Source: Chiloscyllium plagiosum (Eukaryota). From it: DNA of 64,000 bases. A program made the position numbers and the translations under genes. The DNA lies in assembly GCF_004010195.1 (NCBI RefSeq), contig NC_057719.1, positions 30,894,294-30,958,293 of the forward strand. Reading direction: 5' to 3'. Of this stretch, positions 24,670 through 38,335 are shown one piece after another (position 1 is the stretch's first letter; the number at the start of each line of letters is the position of its first letter). Under the pieces are notes generated by a model. That model made no database searches, was not told the DNA's origin, and saw only the letters and a list, made by a program, of their open reading frames with translations.

Positions 24670-25090
24670 GGCTTACCTACTATTTGGCATGTATTAAATG
24701 GATGGCAAAATTTAACTACATCCTTATGCAGTCCAAGCCAATAGAACTGCTTGTGTACCTTAGTCTGAGTCTTCCTCACACCTAGATGACCTTATATTGG
24801 TAATTCATGTGCTATTCATAAAACTTCCTGCCTGTATGCTACCGCCAACACAATCTGGTGTACTTCTGCCCATTTTTCCTTTGCACTAACCTGCCGTGAT
24901 CTCCATTTTCATCTTAGGATTCTATCCTTAAGATAGTAACCCTCAGGAGTACATTCTGATTCCTTTTCTGAGTATGCATCAATTTTTGTATCTTTTACTA
25001 TCTCATTATTCTGTTGTAGGTCCATTAGCCTTTCAGGATTAAACACCTCTGCCTGACCCTCTATCTGTTCAGGATTTTCCTGCGCCATTA

Positions 25091-26001
25091 GTACAGTTTG
25101 CCGAGATTGGTAAGTTTGCCGATGACATGAAGGTCAGTGGAATTGTGGATAGTGTGGAGGACTGTTATAGGTTGCAATGGAACATTGACAGGATGCAGAC
25201 CTGGGCTGAGAACTGGCAGATGGAGTTCAACCTGGAAAAGTGTGAAGTGATTCATTTTTGAAGGTTGAATTTGAATACCGAATGCAAAATTAAAGGCAGG
25301 ATTCTTGGCAATTGGAGGAACAGACGGATCTTGGGGTTCAGGTCCATAGATCCCTCAAAGTTGCCACCCAAGTTGATAGGGTTGTTCTGAAGGTGTATGG
25401 TATGTTGGTTTTCATTAGTAGGGGGATTGAGATTAAGAGCTGTGAAGTTATTCTGCAGCTCTATAGAGCCCTAGTTAAACACGCTTGGAATATTGTGTTC
25501 ATTTCTGGTCGCCTCATTATAGGGAGAATATGGAAGCTTTAGAGACAAGATTCACCAGGATACTGCCTGGACTGGAAGGCATGTCTTATGAATAAAGGTT
25601 CAGGGAGCTAAGACTTTTCTCATTGGAGTGAAGAAGGATGAGAGGTGCATTGTTAGAGGTGTACAAGATGATGAGAGGCATAGATAATATGAAAAGTCAG
25701 AGACTTTTCCCTCGGGCAAAATGGCTATCACAAGGGGGAATAATTATAAGGTGATTGGAGGAAGGTTTAGGGAAGATGTCAGAGGTAGGTTCTTTACATA
25801 GAGATTGGTATGTGCATGGAATGCACTGCCAGTGGTGGTAGTAGTGTCAGATACATTAGGGACATTTAAGCGACTCTTGGAGAGGCTTACGAATAATAGT
25901 AAAATGAAGGGTACATAGCCAAGTTTGATCTTAGAGTAGGGTAAAAGATTGGCACAACATCAAGGGCTGAAGGCCTGTACTGTGCTCTACTGTTCTATGT
26001 T
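25091..26001 (+). mobile_element. 5'-truncated CR1 inserted in Gypsy copy 1
   Basis: KFADDMK, WQMEFN, CEVIHF and LQLYRALV segments, tail tgttctatgtt; possible TSD catta at 25086-25090 and 26002-26006. Confidence 0.9.
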
Positions 26002-27942
26002 CATTACATCAAATAGAGTGTCAGCTAACTAAACCACAACTCCTTTGTCTTTCTCTTTAGTTTTTTCCTTCTTAATGTAACTTATGATAGTGGAATCTTT
26101 TTACTACACAGTCTGGAAAACTTCCATGGTATTTTTCTTTCAACTCCTCAGTTCCCTGGCCTTCCTTTGGCTTCTCCACCACAAGGAGTGTCACTCCTAC
26201 CTTGGATCCAGCTAGGTCATTCCCAATAACAAACTGAATTGCTGGAGCTGACACTTTGTCAATCACTCCCACTTTTACTTCCCCAGTCTTGAGATGGCTC
26301 TCCAACCTGAGCTTACACAGAGGAACGCTAAATGTCTAACCAGCTATTCCACAAATTTTCACCCTCCCAGGTAACATGTCAGAAAGAGTACAAATGTTTT
26401 CATCTCTTACTATTAGCAACTGACCAGATCCCGTATCTCTTAAAATTGTAACTTCTTTCCCTTCTCCCCCTGTCCTTCCTGAATGAATTTTACCCACAGA
26501 AATGAAGTCTTTATACAGATCAGGGATTAATTCAAGGCCTAGACAGTGCACTCTCCTGTAGCTCCTCAACATTTTTGGGGGTTTCCTTTACTATATTTAC
26601 TAATCCTACTGACTTAGCCTCTTTTACCACATCTTTTCCCACAGTGCCTTTCGTTAAAGACTAGCATTGTGACTTTGTGTGTCCCACCTTACCACAGTGA
26701 GGCCTTTCATCTCCTTTCACCCACCTTGGGCTTCTTTTTACACCTGTGGTAAACTATTCCCAATGAGATCTACTCTTTGTTTTGTCGTGAAGGATTTTCC
26801 CTTCTCTCAATTTCTTTCCCTCACGGGGTGAAATTCCTGCCGGAAGCTGAATTTCACTTTTTGCACTAATGCATATTCATCTGCCATCTCTGCAGCTCTT
26901 CTCACTTCTTGAACTTATCCACATATGTTCTTATCATCTCTGGAAATGAAGTTTTAAACTCCTCCAACAGAATAATCTCTCTTAGAGCTTCATGGGTCAT
27001 GTTTACTTTTAAGGCCCACACTGATCTATCAAAATGGCTAGTTTAATTCTTTCAAACTCAGCAAAAGTTTGACCTGGTTCCTTCGTTATGTTTCTGAACT
27101 GCTGTCTATATGCTTCTGTTACAATTCATAGGCATTCTAAATAGCCTTTTTGACATCACCATAATCTCTTGACCACCTCCCACCACCCCCCCCCACCACC
27201 ATCTGACAGTGCTGCAAATACCTGACTAGCTCTGCCTACTAGCTTAGTCTTAAATAGCATTACCCACAATTTCTCTGTCCACTCCATCTGCCTAGACAAT
27301 TTTTCAAATGAAATAAAAAAGGCTTTGAAATCTTTCTCATCAAAATGTGGCTGTTTTAACATATTTGCATACATCATGACCTTCTCCCTTCATCTTCATC
27401 CTTGTTAACTTGACTTTCCTGACTAATTCGCAACTTCTGAAGTTCAAATTCTGTCTCTTTCTCTTTCTTCTCTTTCTCTCTTTCTCTTTTTTCTCACTCT
27501 CTTTCTCTTTGCCCAGCTAAGAACTCTCTCCTTTTTTTGTCTTCTAACTCCAGTTACCTCATTTGCAATTTAAGTTTTTCTAACTCTACTGCACTTGTCT
27601 CTTTCTTTGATACATCCAAGTGCTTGATCAACTCCATTACAATTTCAGCTTTCCTTTTGTCCCTGATTATACCCAAGTTTAACCTATCTGCTAATTCTAA
27701 AAGTATATCCTTCCCCTGTCTATCGAAACTTTCTTGGCAAATTTGGGAAGCATCTTCAAACCCCAGAAACTCTCTAGCAATGTTAAGAACCATTTCCCTC
27801 ACTTTTAATTTAACCAACCACAAGTAACCAAGATTAAACAAATATTCTCATCTAAGTTTTATTTAAAGATCGAGGACACTAATCACCAAGTGTTTAAATC
27901 TGCTGGGACCTTTCATTCTTAAATCTGTTCAAATCTGTCCAA

Positions 27943-27963
27943 ATCCCAGATGACAAGCCCCCA
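27943..27963 (-). promoter_or_regulatory. Primer-binding site, tRNA-Pro type (degenerate)
   Basis: Minus strand TGGGGGCTTGTCATCTGGGAT versus canonical tRNA-Pro PBS TGGGGGCTCGTCCGGGAT. Confidence 0.75.
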
Positions 27964-27966
27964 ACC

Positions 27967-28784
27967 TGGCACAATGTGGAGGTTGAACCCTTCTGTTAAT
28001 TAAAACCAAGCACCTCGTAATCAGGTAAAATGTGAGTGACAGAGAACTCCTAAATTCTACCATTTAAAGAAAAATGACAATTTATTTTCCTAACTCTAAT
28101 AGTGAACACTAAACAACAACTATTCACATATCCAAGCCCTTCTTTTCTGAGCTACTATCTGACCCCAACTCTATAAAAGTATGCTGTTCTAATAACACAC
28201 TTACTAAACATTACATTAACTTAATCTCAAGATCATACAGTCTCTGTCTTCTTCACTGTCTTCAATCTTCCGGCTGCTGATCTCCCTAGGTCGTCTACTT
28301 TTTTTTATGGCAAGTATGTTTTATATGAAAAGATACCTTTGATAGAGAGTGCTTTCTAATTTCATTGAGAGCAATATGTTAGATGGGCAGTTTGCTCTCT
28401 GACTCTACAGCAGTTGCTCCCTGATCGATGGCAGTTGCTCTCCGACCAATTTTCAAAATGCCTGCATTTTTATATACCCCATAACACATTTAATTCTTAT
28501 AATTTGCTTGGTTTCCGGGTGTCAAAACAATAAAATTCAAAATTCATTGGGTTTTAGTATGCTGGGCATAATTTAAACTGCTTGCTGAAATTCAAATTGT
28601 TGTCAAAACAGCAATCAAAACTCAGGTATCCATTTAATAGACATTTGCTACATATATCTATTTTGGAACAGCTCATCTCCCAGTCTTTCCATTTGGGAGC
28701 TGAGCCTGCACATTAAGTTTACTTCATAATTCAGAAAACACTTGCTATTTTAAAGTGAACATACATGATTTTGACTTCGTAACA
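27967..28784 (-). repeat. 5' LTR of Gypsy copy 1 (~818 bp)
   Basis: Starts TGTTACGAAGTCAAAATCATGTATGTTCACTTTAAAATA, matching the 3' LTR stub at 21075-21035; ends ...TGTGCCA just before the PBS. Confidence 0.8.
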
Positions 28785-28789
28785 AACTC

Positions 28790-29890
28790 AAGAAGTGAAA
28801 TGAGGTGAGACTGACTGCCCATAACACCAAGACATCATTGACCAACTGTAATATCAAGGAAATCCAATTAAATTGGTCAACAGGAATCACAGAGTTAATT
28901 TTCCACTGGTTGAAGTCATACCCAGCACAAAGCAAGGTGGCTGTGGATGTTAAGATCCTATTATTTCAGCAGAAGTTCCTCAGGATAACGTCCTTGGACC
29001 AGCCATCTTCAACTATTTCATCGATGACCTTCCCTTCATCATTAGGTCAGAAGTGGGGATGTTCACTGATGATTACACAATGTTCAGCACAATTTGTGAT
29101 TCCTCAGATACTGAAATAGTCATGTTCAAATACTGCAAGAACTGGACAATATTCAGGTTTGGGCTGGTAAGAGGCAAATACTTTCTTACCATACAAGACA
29201 ATAAACAACTACAAAGAATTTAATCATCTCTCCTTGACCTTTAATGGCATTACATTCCTGAATTCCTCACTAACAATATCCTGGGTGTTATCACTATCCA
29301 TATTCTGAACCAGATCAACCATACAAATACAATGGCTTGGAATTCTATGGAAAATAACTAATTTCTTCGCTCCCAAAATCTCTTCATAATCTATAATGCA
29401 TGAGTCAGGAATGTAATCGAATACTCTTCATTTGCTGGAATGAAGAAGCTTAACACCATCCAGGACAAAGTAATCAGTTGTTGAATGCTTCATTCACCAC
29501 TTTAAACATTCACTCCCTCTGACACTGATGCACGCTGACAGCTATGTATGTATATACAACTCACTGAGTCTCCTTCATTAGTATCTTCCAAACCTGTGAA
29601 CTCTACAACCTTGAAGGACAAGGCCAACAGACAGATAGAATAGTAACTGCAACTTCCACTTCAAGCCACACATCATCGTGATTTGAAACCATATCACCAT
29701 TCTTTCACTGTTGCTGAATCAAAATCCTGGGACTCCCTTCCAAACAGCACTTTGCATGTACCTGCATCAAATGAACTTGAACTGTTCAAGAAGGTAGATC
29801 ACCAATTTCTCAAGAGAAATATGGGATGCGCAACAAATTGCTTGCCTTGCCAGTAACACGCAGATCCTTACATGAATAAAATAATAAGAT
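28790..29890 (+). mobile_element. Old CR1/L2-group LINE, RT to 3' end
   Basis: EVPQDNVLGPAIFNYFIDDLPFIIRSEVGMFTDDYTM-like segment; 3' end ttgccagtaacacgcagatcc..atgaataaa; a related fragment lies at ~30220-30390. Confidence 0.75.
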
Positions 29891-31004
29891 GAATAAAAAT
29901 TATATTTCTCAACCTTTAAGTTGTTGCACAACCTGCAAAGGATTACTGGCAGTCCTATAATCTAAATTACAGTAAACATAGTTATAAGCAAATATAATGT
30001 AAAATATTACGTCTAAGAAATAGAAGGCTCCATCCATTTGTTCTCAGTTAAATAATATAATAAGTCCATGATACATACAAGATAAGAAAGGTGGCAGCAG
30101 TATTAATAGAAGAACAGATTACATTTTATGAATGGTAAAAGGTATAAATATCAGAGTCGGAGCTGTACAGCTTATTTCTGTACATCTAGTCAAGATCAAT
30201 TAAAATTAAATCTTTTGACACTACTGGCAGCGTGTAGATATACAACTCGCTGAGCCTCCTTCAACAGCACCTTTCAAATCTATGACCTCTTCAATCTTGA
30301 AGAGCAAGAGCAGCAGACACATGTGAACATTGCCACCTGCTTCCCCTCCAAGCCACACTAATCCTGTCTCAAAAATATATCACCATTTCTCATAGTCAAA
30401 ACTAAATTTTCAAAAACATCAAATATTTCTCAAGTTAAAATTTGTTCTTCATTTGACTTTCAGTCAATTATGTCAAATGTAAATGTAGTCAGGGCAAACT
30501 GTTTAAGTTGTTATTGTGATTATGGATGAACTGATCTATGGTTTAATAATAACATTTTGCATATTCAAATGCTGATATCTCACTTTCATTTCAGTACTGT
30601 AGATTTTAACTTTTTTACATCTTTGAAAAAGTTATTTTCAGAAAATGATGCAAATAAATCAGTCTTCAAAGAATATAAGGTAAATGTGTTCTGTCCAATA
30701 CCTTCTTGCTACACCAGGATGGTATTTTTGTTCTAGATGGAATCTGTTAAGAAGCTTTTAGTAATAAATGTTGATTTTGAGCAGTTTTGTAATGCAAGTA
30801 CACATTTGTGGCTTTCAGTTAATCTTGCTTAAACATAAATCAATCAAGACAGGCAGCAGAGGAAATAAGCTTTCAATCTGGGCCAGTTTCATACTCGGAG
30901 GTGTGCTGCCAAACTACAATATCCAGTTTCCTATCCAGTTTTCTATTAGTAATGAATTTAAAACAGACCATAGTCTTTTTTTTGAGATAGCAAACAGAAA
31001 TTTG

Positions 31005-31120
31005 CACTAAAACAAAAACAGAAATTGCTATTGAAACTCAGCAGGTTTGGCAGTATCTGTAGGAAGAAAACAGAGTTAACTGAGGTACTTGTTTAAACTC
31101 CAGTGACTCTTTGTCAGAAA
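31005..31120 (-). mobile_element. Degenerate pLTR of a third PLE family (C)
   Basis: aaaaacagaaattgct..aaactcagcagg..tggcag.atctgt..cagagttaac; related pieces at ~11120-11220 and ~43120-43200 in opposite orientation. Confidence 0.5.
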
Positions 31121-31327
31121 TCCTGTTCCCCCAATGCCATCTCATACTCCCATGTCACCTCCATGCCTTTTAATGCTATCTCCACACCCTCCAAGTATAT
31201 CTGTTCATATTCTCATTCCATATTATACCCCCATGCTACCTCCATAGCAACTCATCAGTCTCCATTATGGATGGCGACTCAGGAAATATATAATTTTTAA
31301 AAAACACATAATAATGGTGCTTTCATG

Positions 31328-31636
31328 TAGAATCATAGAATCCCTACAGTGCAGAAAGGGGTCATTTGGCCCACCAAGTCTGCACCAAAACTCCAAACAG
31401 CATCCCACCCAGACTTAGATCCCCACCCATCCCTGTAACCCTGCATTTTCCATGGCCAATCCACCCAACCTGCACATCTTTGGACTTTAGGACAAAAGCA
31501 GAGCACCCAGCAGAAACCTACGCAGACACAAGGAGAACCTGCATTCTCCACACACTCAGTCACCGATGGCTGAAATCAAACCCAGCTCCCTGCACTGTGA
31601 AGTAGCAGTGCTAACCACTGGACTACTGTGCCTCCC
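31328..31636 (-). mobile_element. HE1-like SINE, near full length
   Basis: Minus strand has a tRNA-like head (cagtggttagcactgct...), HE1 body and tagggattctatgattcta tail. Confidence 0.85.
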
Positions 31637-32711
31637 TTACTTATACATACTTGATATTAAAAAACTTCCTTTACTGATACTCATTCAAAGATTTTAAAGT
31701 TATAAAATATCATTATATATAATCTTTTAGACATCTAAAATTTGACGTTTAATCTTTTAAGCACCTTTTTAATCTGTTAGTCAAGATGTGAACTCCATAC
31801 CTTGGCTAAGCGCTTTTTAGCTTTTGAAACTCAGCCAAAATTTATTATGACCTCAACTGTAAAAATAAGGAATGCCCTCAGGAAATATCAACAAAAATCT
31901 CAATTGAAACTGTAGAGTAGACAATGATATTTCTTTTTCTAACCAACTGACTTTTTAATCTGAACAGTACAGCAGATATTTTAAACTTTATCTGGCAGAT
32001 TCAGTTTTTGTTTTCATGTTTAAAGGGCCAGAGATTTAAAATAAAATCTCAGATCATGACACTTAAGCAGACCTTATCCACCTTTCACAAGCATTTATGA
32101 TTCCCATGTGGCTGGTTGACACCCTCCAAATGTGAAAATGGGGTCTGTTTGAACTCAGTATTAAATTCTGAGTTTGGATTTCCTGCCTGTGTTCTAGACA
32201 TTGCACATTCAAGAAGACCAGCATTGGGAAGAAAATAAGGGGACTAATGAAAGCCTTACATTGCCTCTGTTCCCCTGTTCCTTGTTATTTTGGTATATCT
32301 CTCCCAGCAACTCCATCCTTCCCCATTTACCTTTGTCCAAGGATCCAGCATTGATCCTCGAGCTATTCTTAGACCAGTACCAGCAGAAGCCACCACTCCT
32401 GGTGGTAATTTCAGCAAAGGAGAACTCCTGGCCCCTGAGGCTTTTGAGAAAAAAGACTGGGGCTTGAATGAGTGGAAGGCTTGATGCTGGCCAGGGACTT
32501 AAATTATTGAGCTCCTGCCAAATTAGCAATGGTATGCTCCCAATTCTGCTCCAAATAGCAATGAAAATCTCTCTTCAACAGCATGAAATCCCAGCCAAGC
32601 TGTAGTTTTGTTGTGTGGATTACAGGAAGCAAAAAGGAAAAAAGAGAAAAAAAAACAAAAGTAGAAAGTCTAAGAATAGGAAGAAAAACTGAAGGAAAAG
32701 TAATATGTGTC

Positions 32712-32978
32712 ATTTTGGATTCCAGCCTCAGGCAACTGCCTGTGTGGAGTTTACACATTCTCCCCATATCTGCATGGATTTCCTCCGGGCGCTCTGGTCT
32801 CCTCCCATAGTCCAAAGATGTGCAGGTTAGATGAATTGGCCATGCTAAATTGCCTAATGTGTTCAACTATGTGTAGGTTAGGGGTAAAAATAGAGAAATG
32901 GGGCATGGGTTTGGGTGGGATACTCTTCAGAGGGTTGGTAGGGTCAAAGCACCTGTTTCCACATTGTAGGGATTCTAA
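32712..32978 (+). mobile_element. HE1-like SINE, 5'-truncated
   Basis: ggcaactgcctgtgtggagtttacacattctcccc...tagggattcta. Confidence 0.85.
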
Positions 32979-32999
32979 ACTATTCCGATGACTGGTTAT

Positions 33000-33322
33000 G
33001 ATTAGATTCCCTACAGTATGGAAACAGGCCCTTCAGTCCAACAAGTCCACACCGACCCTCTGAAGAGCAACTCACGCAGACGCATTCCCCTACATTTACC
33101 CCTGACTAACACACCTAACACTATGGGCATTTTAGCATGGCCAATTCACCTAACCTGCACATCTTTGGATTGTGGGAAGAAACCTGAGCACACGGAGGAA
33201 ACTCACACAGACACAGGGAGAACGTGCAAACTCCATACAAACAGACACCCAAGATGGGACTCAAACGAGTGTCTCTGGCACTGTGAGGCAGCAGTGCTAA
33301 CCACTAAGCCACCGTTCCGCTC
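33000..33322 (-). mobile_element. HE1-like SINE, full length with Pol III A/B boxes
   Basis: Minus strand TGGCTTAGTGG (A box) and GTTTGAGTCC (B-box-like), body, and gggaatctaatc tail. Confidence 0.9.
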
Positions 33323-34069
33323 ACCCCATGAATCTATTGTTGTACTCTGTTGCCTTTCTTGGCATGGTGGAATCTACATTAATGGCTTCAGCCACCTGCC
33401 CCCTTGCAGCCTGAAGAATCCTCTTATGAAGCTCTCTATATCTACCACATTTCATTCTGGCATTATTAGTAATCAGCAAGAACTAAGGAAATACAAAGTA
33501 ACTGGAGCCAAGTGGTAACAACATTGAACAGTAATCCAAAGAATATGAATTTGAATTCCAAAATGACAAATTGTGAAAAATATTCAGTAAAGCTGGTAAT
33601 ATATGAGGAAACATTTAAAAAATGTAAGAAGAATCTGATTAGTTAACCAATGTCCTTCAAGGCAGGGAGCTTTATAGGCTGGCATACAGCTGTTGACAGT
33701 CTCAGGAAACCCGAGATAAGAAATAAATATTGCATTATCAGTGTTATAAACAACTTAAGACCAAACAAAACTCCAAAGGTAGATCAGAAATCATGGGAGC
33801 CTTTGCTTGTTGACCACCACCACACTTCCCCCAAAACCCATGGTCCCTACCATCATGATCCCACCAGTCTTGTGGTCCTCTGACAATACCCCTCACTGGA
33901 AAGTAATTTATTCATTTTCACTAGGTGCTGTAGTTTAGAGTCTGTACTGAATTTCCATTCCTATAATCCTATTACAATCTATATTGCAGCTCCAAATCCA
34001 GCCTACACGTCTATTTGGGGTAACAGGTCAGAGGGAGATCTCGCTTGGTAGTTGTATTCCATTAACTGT

Positions 34070-35256
34070 CAATATGGACTTCTGTAAGGGTTCGACAAGG
34101 TTCCCCATGGGAGACTGGTTAGCAAAGTTAGATCTCATGGAATACAGGGAGAACTAGCCATTTGGATAGAGAACTGGCTCAAAGGTAGAAGGCAGAGGGT
34201 GGTGGTGGAGGGTTGTTTTTCAGACTGGAGGCCTGTGACCAGTGGAGTGCCACAACGATTGGTGCTGGGCCCTCTACTTTTTGTCATTTACATAAATGAT
34301 TTGGATGCAAGCATAAGAGGTTCAATTAGTAAGTTTGCAGATGACACCAAAATTGGAGGTGTAGTGGACAGCAAAGAGGGTTACCTCAGGATCTTGACCA
34401 AATGGGCCAATGGGCTGAGAAGTGGCAGATGGAGTTTAATTCAGATAAATGCGAGGTGCTGCATTTTGGGAAAGCAAATTTTAGCAGGACTTATACACTT
34501 AATGGTAAGGTCCTAGGGAGTGTTGCTGAACAAAGAGACCTTGGAGCGCGGGTTCATAGCTCCTTGAAAGTGGAGTGGCAGATAGATAGGATAGTGAAGA
34601 AGGCATTTGGTATGCTTTCCTTTGTTGGTCAGCGTATTGAGTACAGGAATTGGGAGGTCATGTTGCAGCTGTACAGAACATTGGTTAGGCCACTGTTGGA
34701 ATATTGTGTGCAATTCTGGTCTCCTTCTTATCAGAAAGATGTTGTGAAACATGAAAGGGTTCAGAAAAGATTTACAAGGATGTTGCCAGGGTTGGAGGAT
34801 CTGAGCTACAGGGAGAGGCTGAACAGGCTGGGGCTGTTTTTCCTGGAGCGTCGGAGGCTGCGGGGTGACCTTATAGAGGTTTACAAAATTATGAGGGGCA
34901 TGGATAGGATAAATAGACAAAGTCTTTTCCCTGGGGTCGGGGAGTCCAGAACTAGAGGGCATAGGTTTAGGGTGAGAGGGAAAAGATATAAAAGAGACCT
35001 AAGGGGCAACGTTTTCACCCAGAGCATGGTACGTGTATGGAATGAACTGCCAGAGGATGTGGTGGAGGCTGGTACAATTGCAACATTTAAGAGGCATTTG
35101 GATGGGTATATGAATAGGAAGGGTATGGAGGGATATGGGCCGAGTGCTGGCAGGTGGGACTAGATTGGGTTGGGATATCTGGTCGGCATTGACCTGTTCG
35201 ACCAAAGGGTCTGTTTCCATGCTGTACATCTCTATGACTCTATGGACTCTATGACT
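34070..35256 (+). mobile_element. 5'-truncated CR1 (HER1-like), relatively young
   Basis: MDF..FDKVPHGRLV, VTSGVPQ, KFADDTK, an open 253-aa C-terminal frame and a (ctctatga)n tail. Confidence 0.95.
34402..35163 (+). pseudogene. CR1 ORF2 C-terminal fragment (253 aa open frame)
   Basis: WQMEFNSDKCEVLHFG, LYRTLVRPLLEYCVQFWSP, RRRLRGDLIEVYK; frameshifted relative to the upstream RT core. Confidence 0.9.
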
Positions 35257-36539
35257 GAAAACAAGAATGGAGCATCATCTCTTTTGTGAATAACTGCATT
35301 TATATTAAAGGAATACATATAATTGATTAATCTTCTTGTTAGTCATTATGCACCTACCTTGATGCCATGATACCAACAGATGCAGAGGAAAGTACCAGTA
35401 CCAGGTTGGCTACAGAGAGACTTTGTTCATTCATAGTTTCTTTAATGCATTACTGTCAGGTAGCAATTGTGTCTGTCTTACATACAAATATCATTGAAAT
35501 ACTTGTCAGTCACTCCTGCTATTTTTTGCATGGCTGGCAGTGTTAATTGGAAAGGAAATCTTGCAGTTCCACTTCTTCAGTGTTTCAGCCAAGGCAGTTA
35601 GACTATCATGACAATGTTCATTAAATGACAAAAAAAAGAATGGCAAATCAGTCAAAACAGACTACTTTAAATCTGTGATATGCAATTGTAACAAATGAAA
35701 GATGAGCATTCTTTCAAATGAAGTAATTGAAACTCACTTGTGACTTCATTAATGTATAGCACCATCCGCTTCCTCACATTTCAACTTCTGTATAGTTTAT
35801 ATTCTGTACATCCAAAATGACATATGGTCAGGAGCATTACGTGGTTTTAGGTAGCGTGTTAGCCAGCGTGTTGTACTTCGTGCACAGCCATTGTGCGCTG
35901 ATGCAAAATGTGGTTATTAAAATTCAACACTGCATAAAATGAAGCACATGATCAAAGCCAAATGGCGACTAGTTTTAGCTGGTATTTTGTTAAATAATAT
36001 CCAATGCATCATTGTAGAGAAAATAAATTGCTTTAGATCATAGTAAATAAAATTTACAATTAATAGTAGTGTGAAGAACTTCCCTTGACAATTGACATGG
36101 GTTTAGGTTTATTCAGGGTGTTAACTCCCCTAAAGGTGGTGTTCAGTCAGGACCCTGGCATTATCCAGTTCACTTTAAAGCAGGTTTGAAGGGAAGTGGG
36201 CAGCCCGATGCAGATGTCATTTAAGGTATTTAAATATAATAATTAAAATTGAGTTGTGCTTCATTCAAGGATTCCAGACATTTACGCAATGAAACTGTTT
36301 TTCCATTTGAGTAGAGCTCATCAGGGTCAATGGGAGGGTTGTTATTTCAATGAAGTTCACGGCCTCGGAAGCCTTTAATTATTGAAAACAAAAGAGCTTA
36401 ACCATAGCTCGGTGAAAAGTTCCTGCACACAGCATTCTTTCTCAGGGAGTATTTTCAGCACTTAACAAGTGACTGCCAGTTTTTGACAGTCATTTCATGT
36501 GTTGTGTATTTGCCTTCAGCTGTATCTTCCTTCTGCAAT

Positions 36540-36800
36540 GGCATGGGAACAACCTTCGGTAGCTCCACTCACCACCTCTGATATAGAACAAGAGGAACAG
36601 CAACACCAATAGTTTCAGCTGCCTTGTCCTCAGCAGATATACTGTCCGATAGGGCAGAGGGAATGAACCTAGAGGTTATGCTCCAAGGAGCAGTAGGGTA
36701 TGCACGCAGAGGGTCATCTTTCACATGTTTTAAGCACAGTTCCTCAGGGAGGCCTGGTTTTCACAGCAAGTCATTATTGGCTTTTCAACAAGATCTTCTG
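36540..36800 (+). pseudogene. Possible Harbinger transposase N-terminal relic
   Basis: RVCTQRVIFHMF*AQFLREAWFSQQVII resembles the RVYRQR..F.DMSE.QCLRRLR.S.Q.V type N-terminus; weak. Confidence 0.35.
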
Positions 36801-38335
36801 TCTTGTAGGTCATATGGAACTACATTCTCAGTAGCAAACATGATACCTAAACCTTGGAGGCCACACTTTCGGTCTCTATGTCTCCCAGATTGTGGATTAT
36901 CTCCTCCTTAAAAGAAAGTAAGTAAAGAGTTATGGCTGGTAGTAATATCTTGTTTTAATATTTTTGCAAGGGAAACATAATGAATGGGCATGAGAGAGAG
37001 CAATGAGAATGAATATGTGTATTAACTGTCCAGACTGGAATGTGAGCTGCCTGCAGAGACATAAACTGCAGCTGGTGTTGTTGAATGTAATGCAAGGGAA
37101 TGCTAGAAATCAGATCATGGAGCTTGACAATTGAAATTGTAACACCAATCATCTTCCCCATCCCCACGCCCCTATCACCTGCTCCCCCCATTAAACTCCT
37201 GGATCCTCTAAATGCACTGATTCTAGGTTGAAGGGATCAGACTTCTGCTGTTAATTTCCTTGGCTCCTCACATTTACAGCTATTTGGTTAAAGAAGTTGT
37301 TTCTTTCTTCTCAACTTTGGAAAGAACACCTCACTGCAGTCCCTCAGATTCTGCTGCAGGACATTCAATGACAGTATTGGATCCTGGGAACAATCTTCCC
37401 AGAACTCTTCTCCTCTGCTGTGTGTGTTGCAGCATCCAAACTCCATTTCCAGCTATCCTAATCTGTGCCAAGGTCTATTTTATTAGCTATTCCTTCCTTT
37501 GATGAAATAGATGCACCACCTCACCCATGCTCCCTGACTGGTAGGGGAACTAAGAGGCAGGCATGCTATACTGTAGCTCAGCGAAGGAGACTTAGAAAAT
37601 GCTATGAAGCTGATAAGGAATTACCAATCTGCTAATGAAAGATGCTGCTAAAAGTGGAGAACCCTACTTTAGAAAATTTTGCTCAATATCTTTTCTTCTG
37701 CTTTTTTAAGTCCGATTTAAAGATTTTTTTTCCAGTCTAACTCATAGTTCTTTAATAAGCTATTAGGAATTTAAGCAGTTCAGATTTGTGAGGCAATTGT
37801 ATCAAAGAAAACTGAAGTGAATTCTTCTCTTGCTCAAATGTACACTTGTAACCGGTTGCATGGATTCAAAGATTTATGAACTGGACGCAATCCAGTAAAA
37901 TTCAATTGTTAAATCTATTCTGCTGATGTAACTTGTCAAACTTTGGATTTGATAAAATACATAAATATCCATGCAGAATGTCAAAACAAAATCAATCAAA
38001 TTCCCTACTTCAATCAGTGGCATAATAAATGTTATTGGGCAGGGACTGACTGGTTGGTTAATTCGTGAGTCAAAACTGGTGTCTGTTTGGCAGTAGTCAT
38101 AACTATATTTGCCAAACACAGTTTGATATTTTCATGGGCCAGAAGCAACACTGATGAAAACCAATGTCAGATAAATAATATTTTTCAGGTGCAGGCAAGA
38201 AACCAGGAATTGTAGATTGACCATCTGTTTTTTAAGCCTGCCCAATTTTGGAAAGTTGGCTGGGTGTAAAATGACCAACCATGCACAAAGTGAAAAATTA
38301 ACCCTTAGGGACTGGGCACTCCACAAATTCAAGGA

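Larger units (their letters stand above)
21035..28784 (-). mobile_element. Gmr1-like Ty3/Gypsy LTR retrotransposon copy 1 (decayed; 3' LTR truncated; three nested insertions)
   Basis: Minus-strand order: 5' LTR, PBS, gag (MVLNIAREFL; FFISFEK..W..LVGRA), protease (ILRDTGS), integrase (RKTQ..HKQFYW.GL...C...CQ; DQGSNF), RT (PYR, WNSPIMLVPKPDG, DSYPIPRLEDCIE), RNase H (VAIDVSDIGVG, YTDHNPL), PPT, 3' LTR start. Confidence 0.93.

Noticed and set aside
33250..33322. tRNA gene
   Set aside because: The A/B boxes belong to the tRNA-derived SINE head; there is no complete cloverleaf
33018..33518. 166-aa ORF
   Set aside because: Mostly the antisense of an HE1-like SINE running into flanking sequence; similar spurious ORFs occur at other SINE copies
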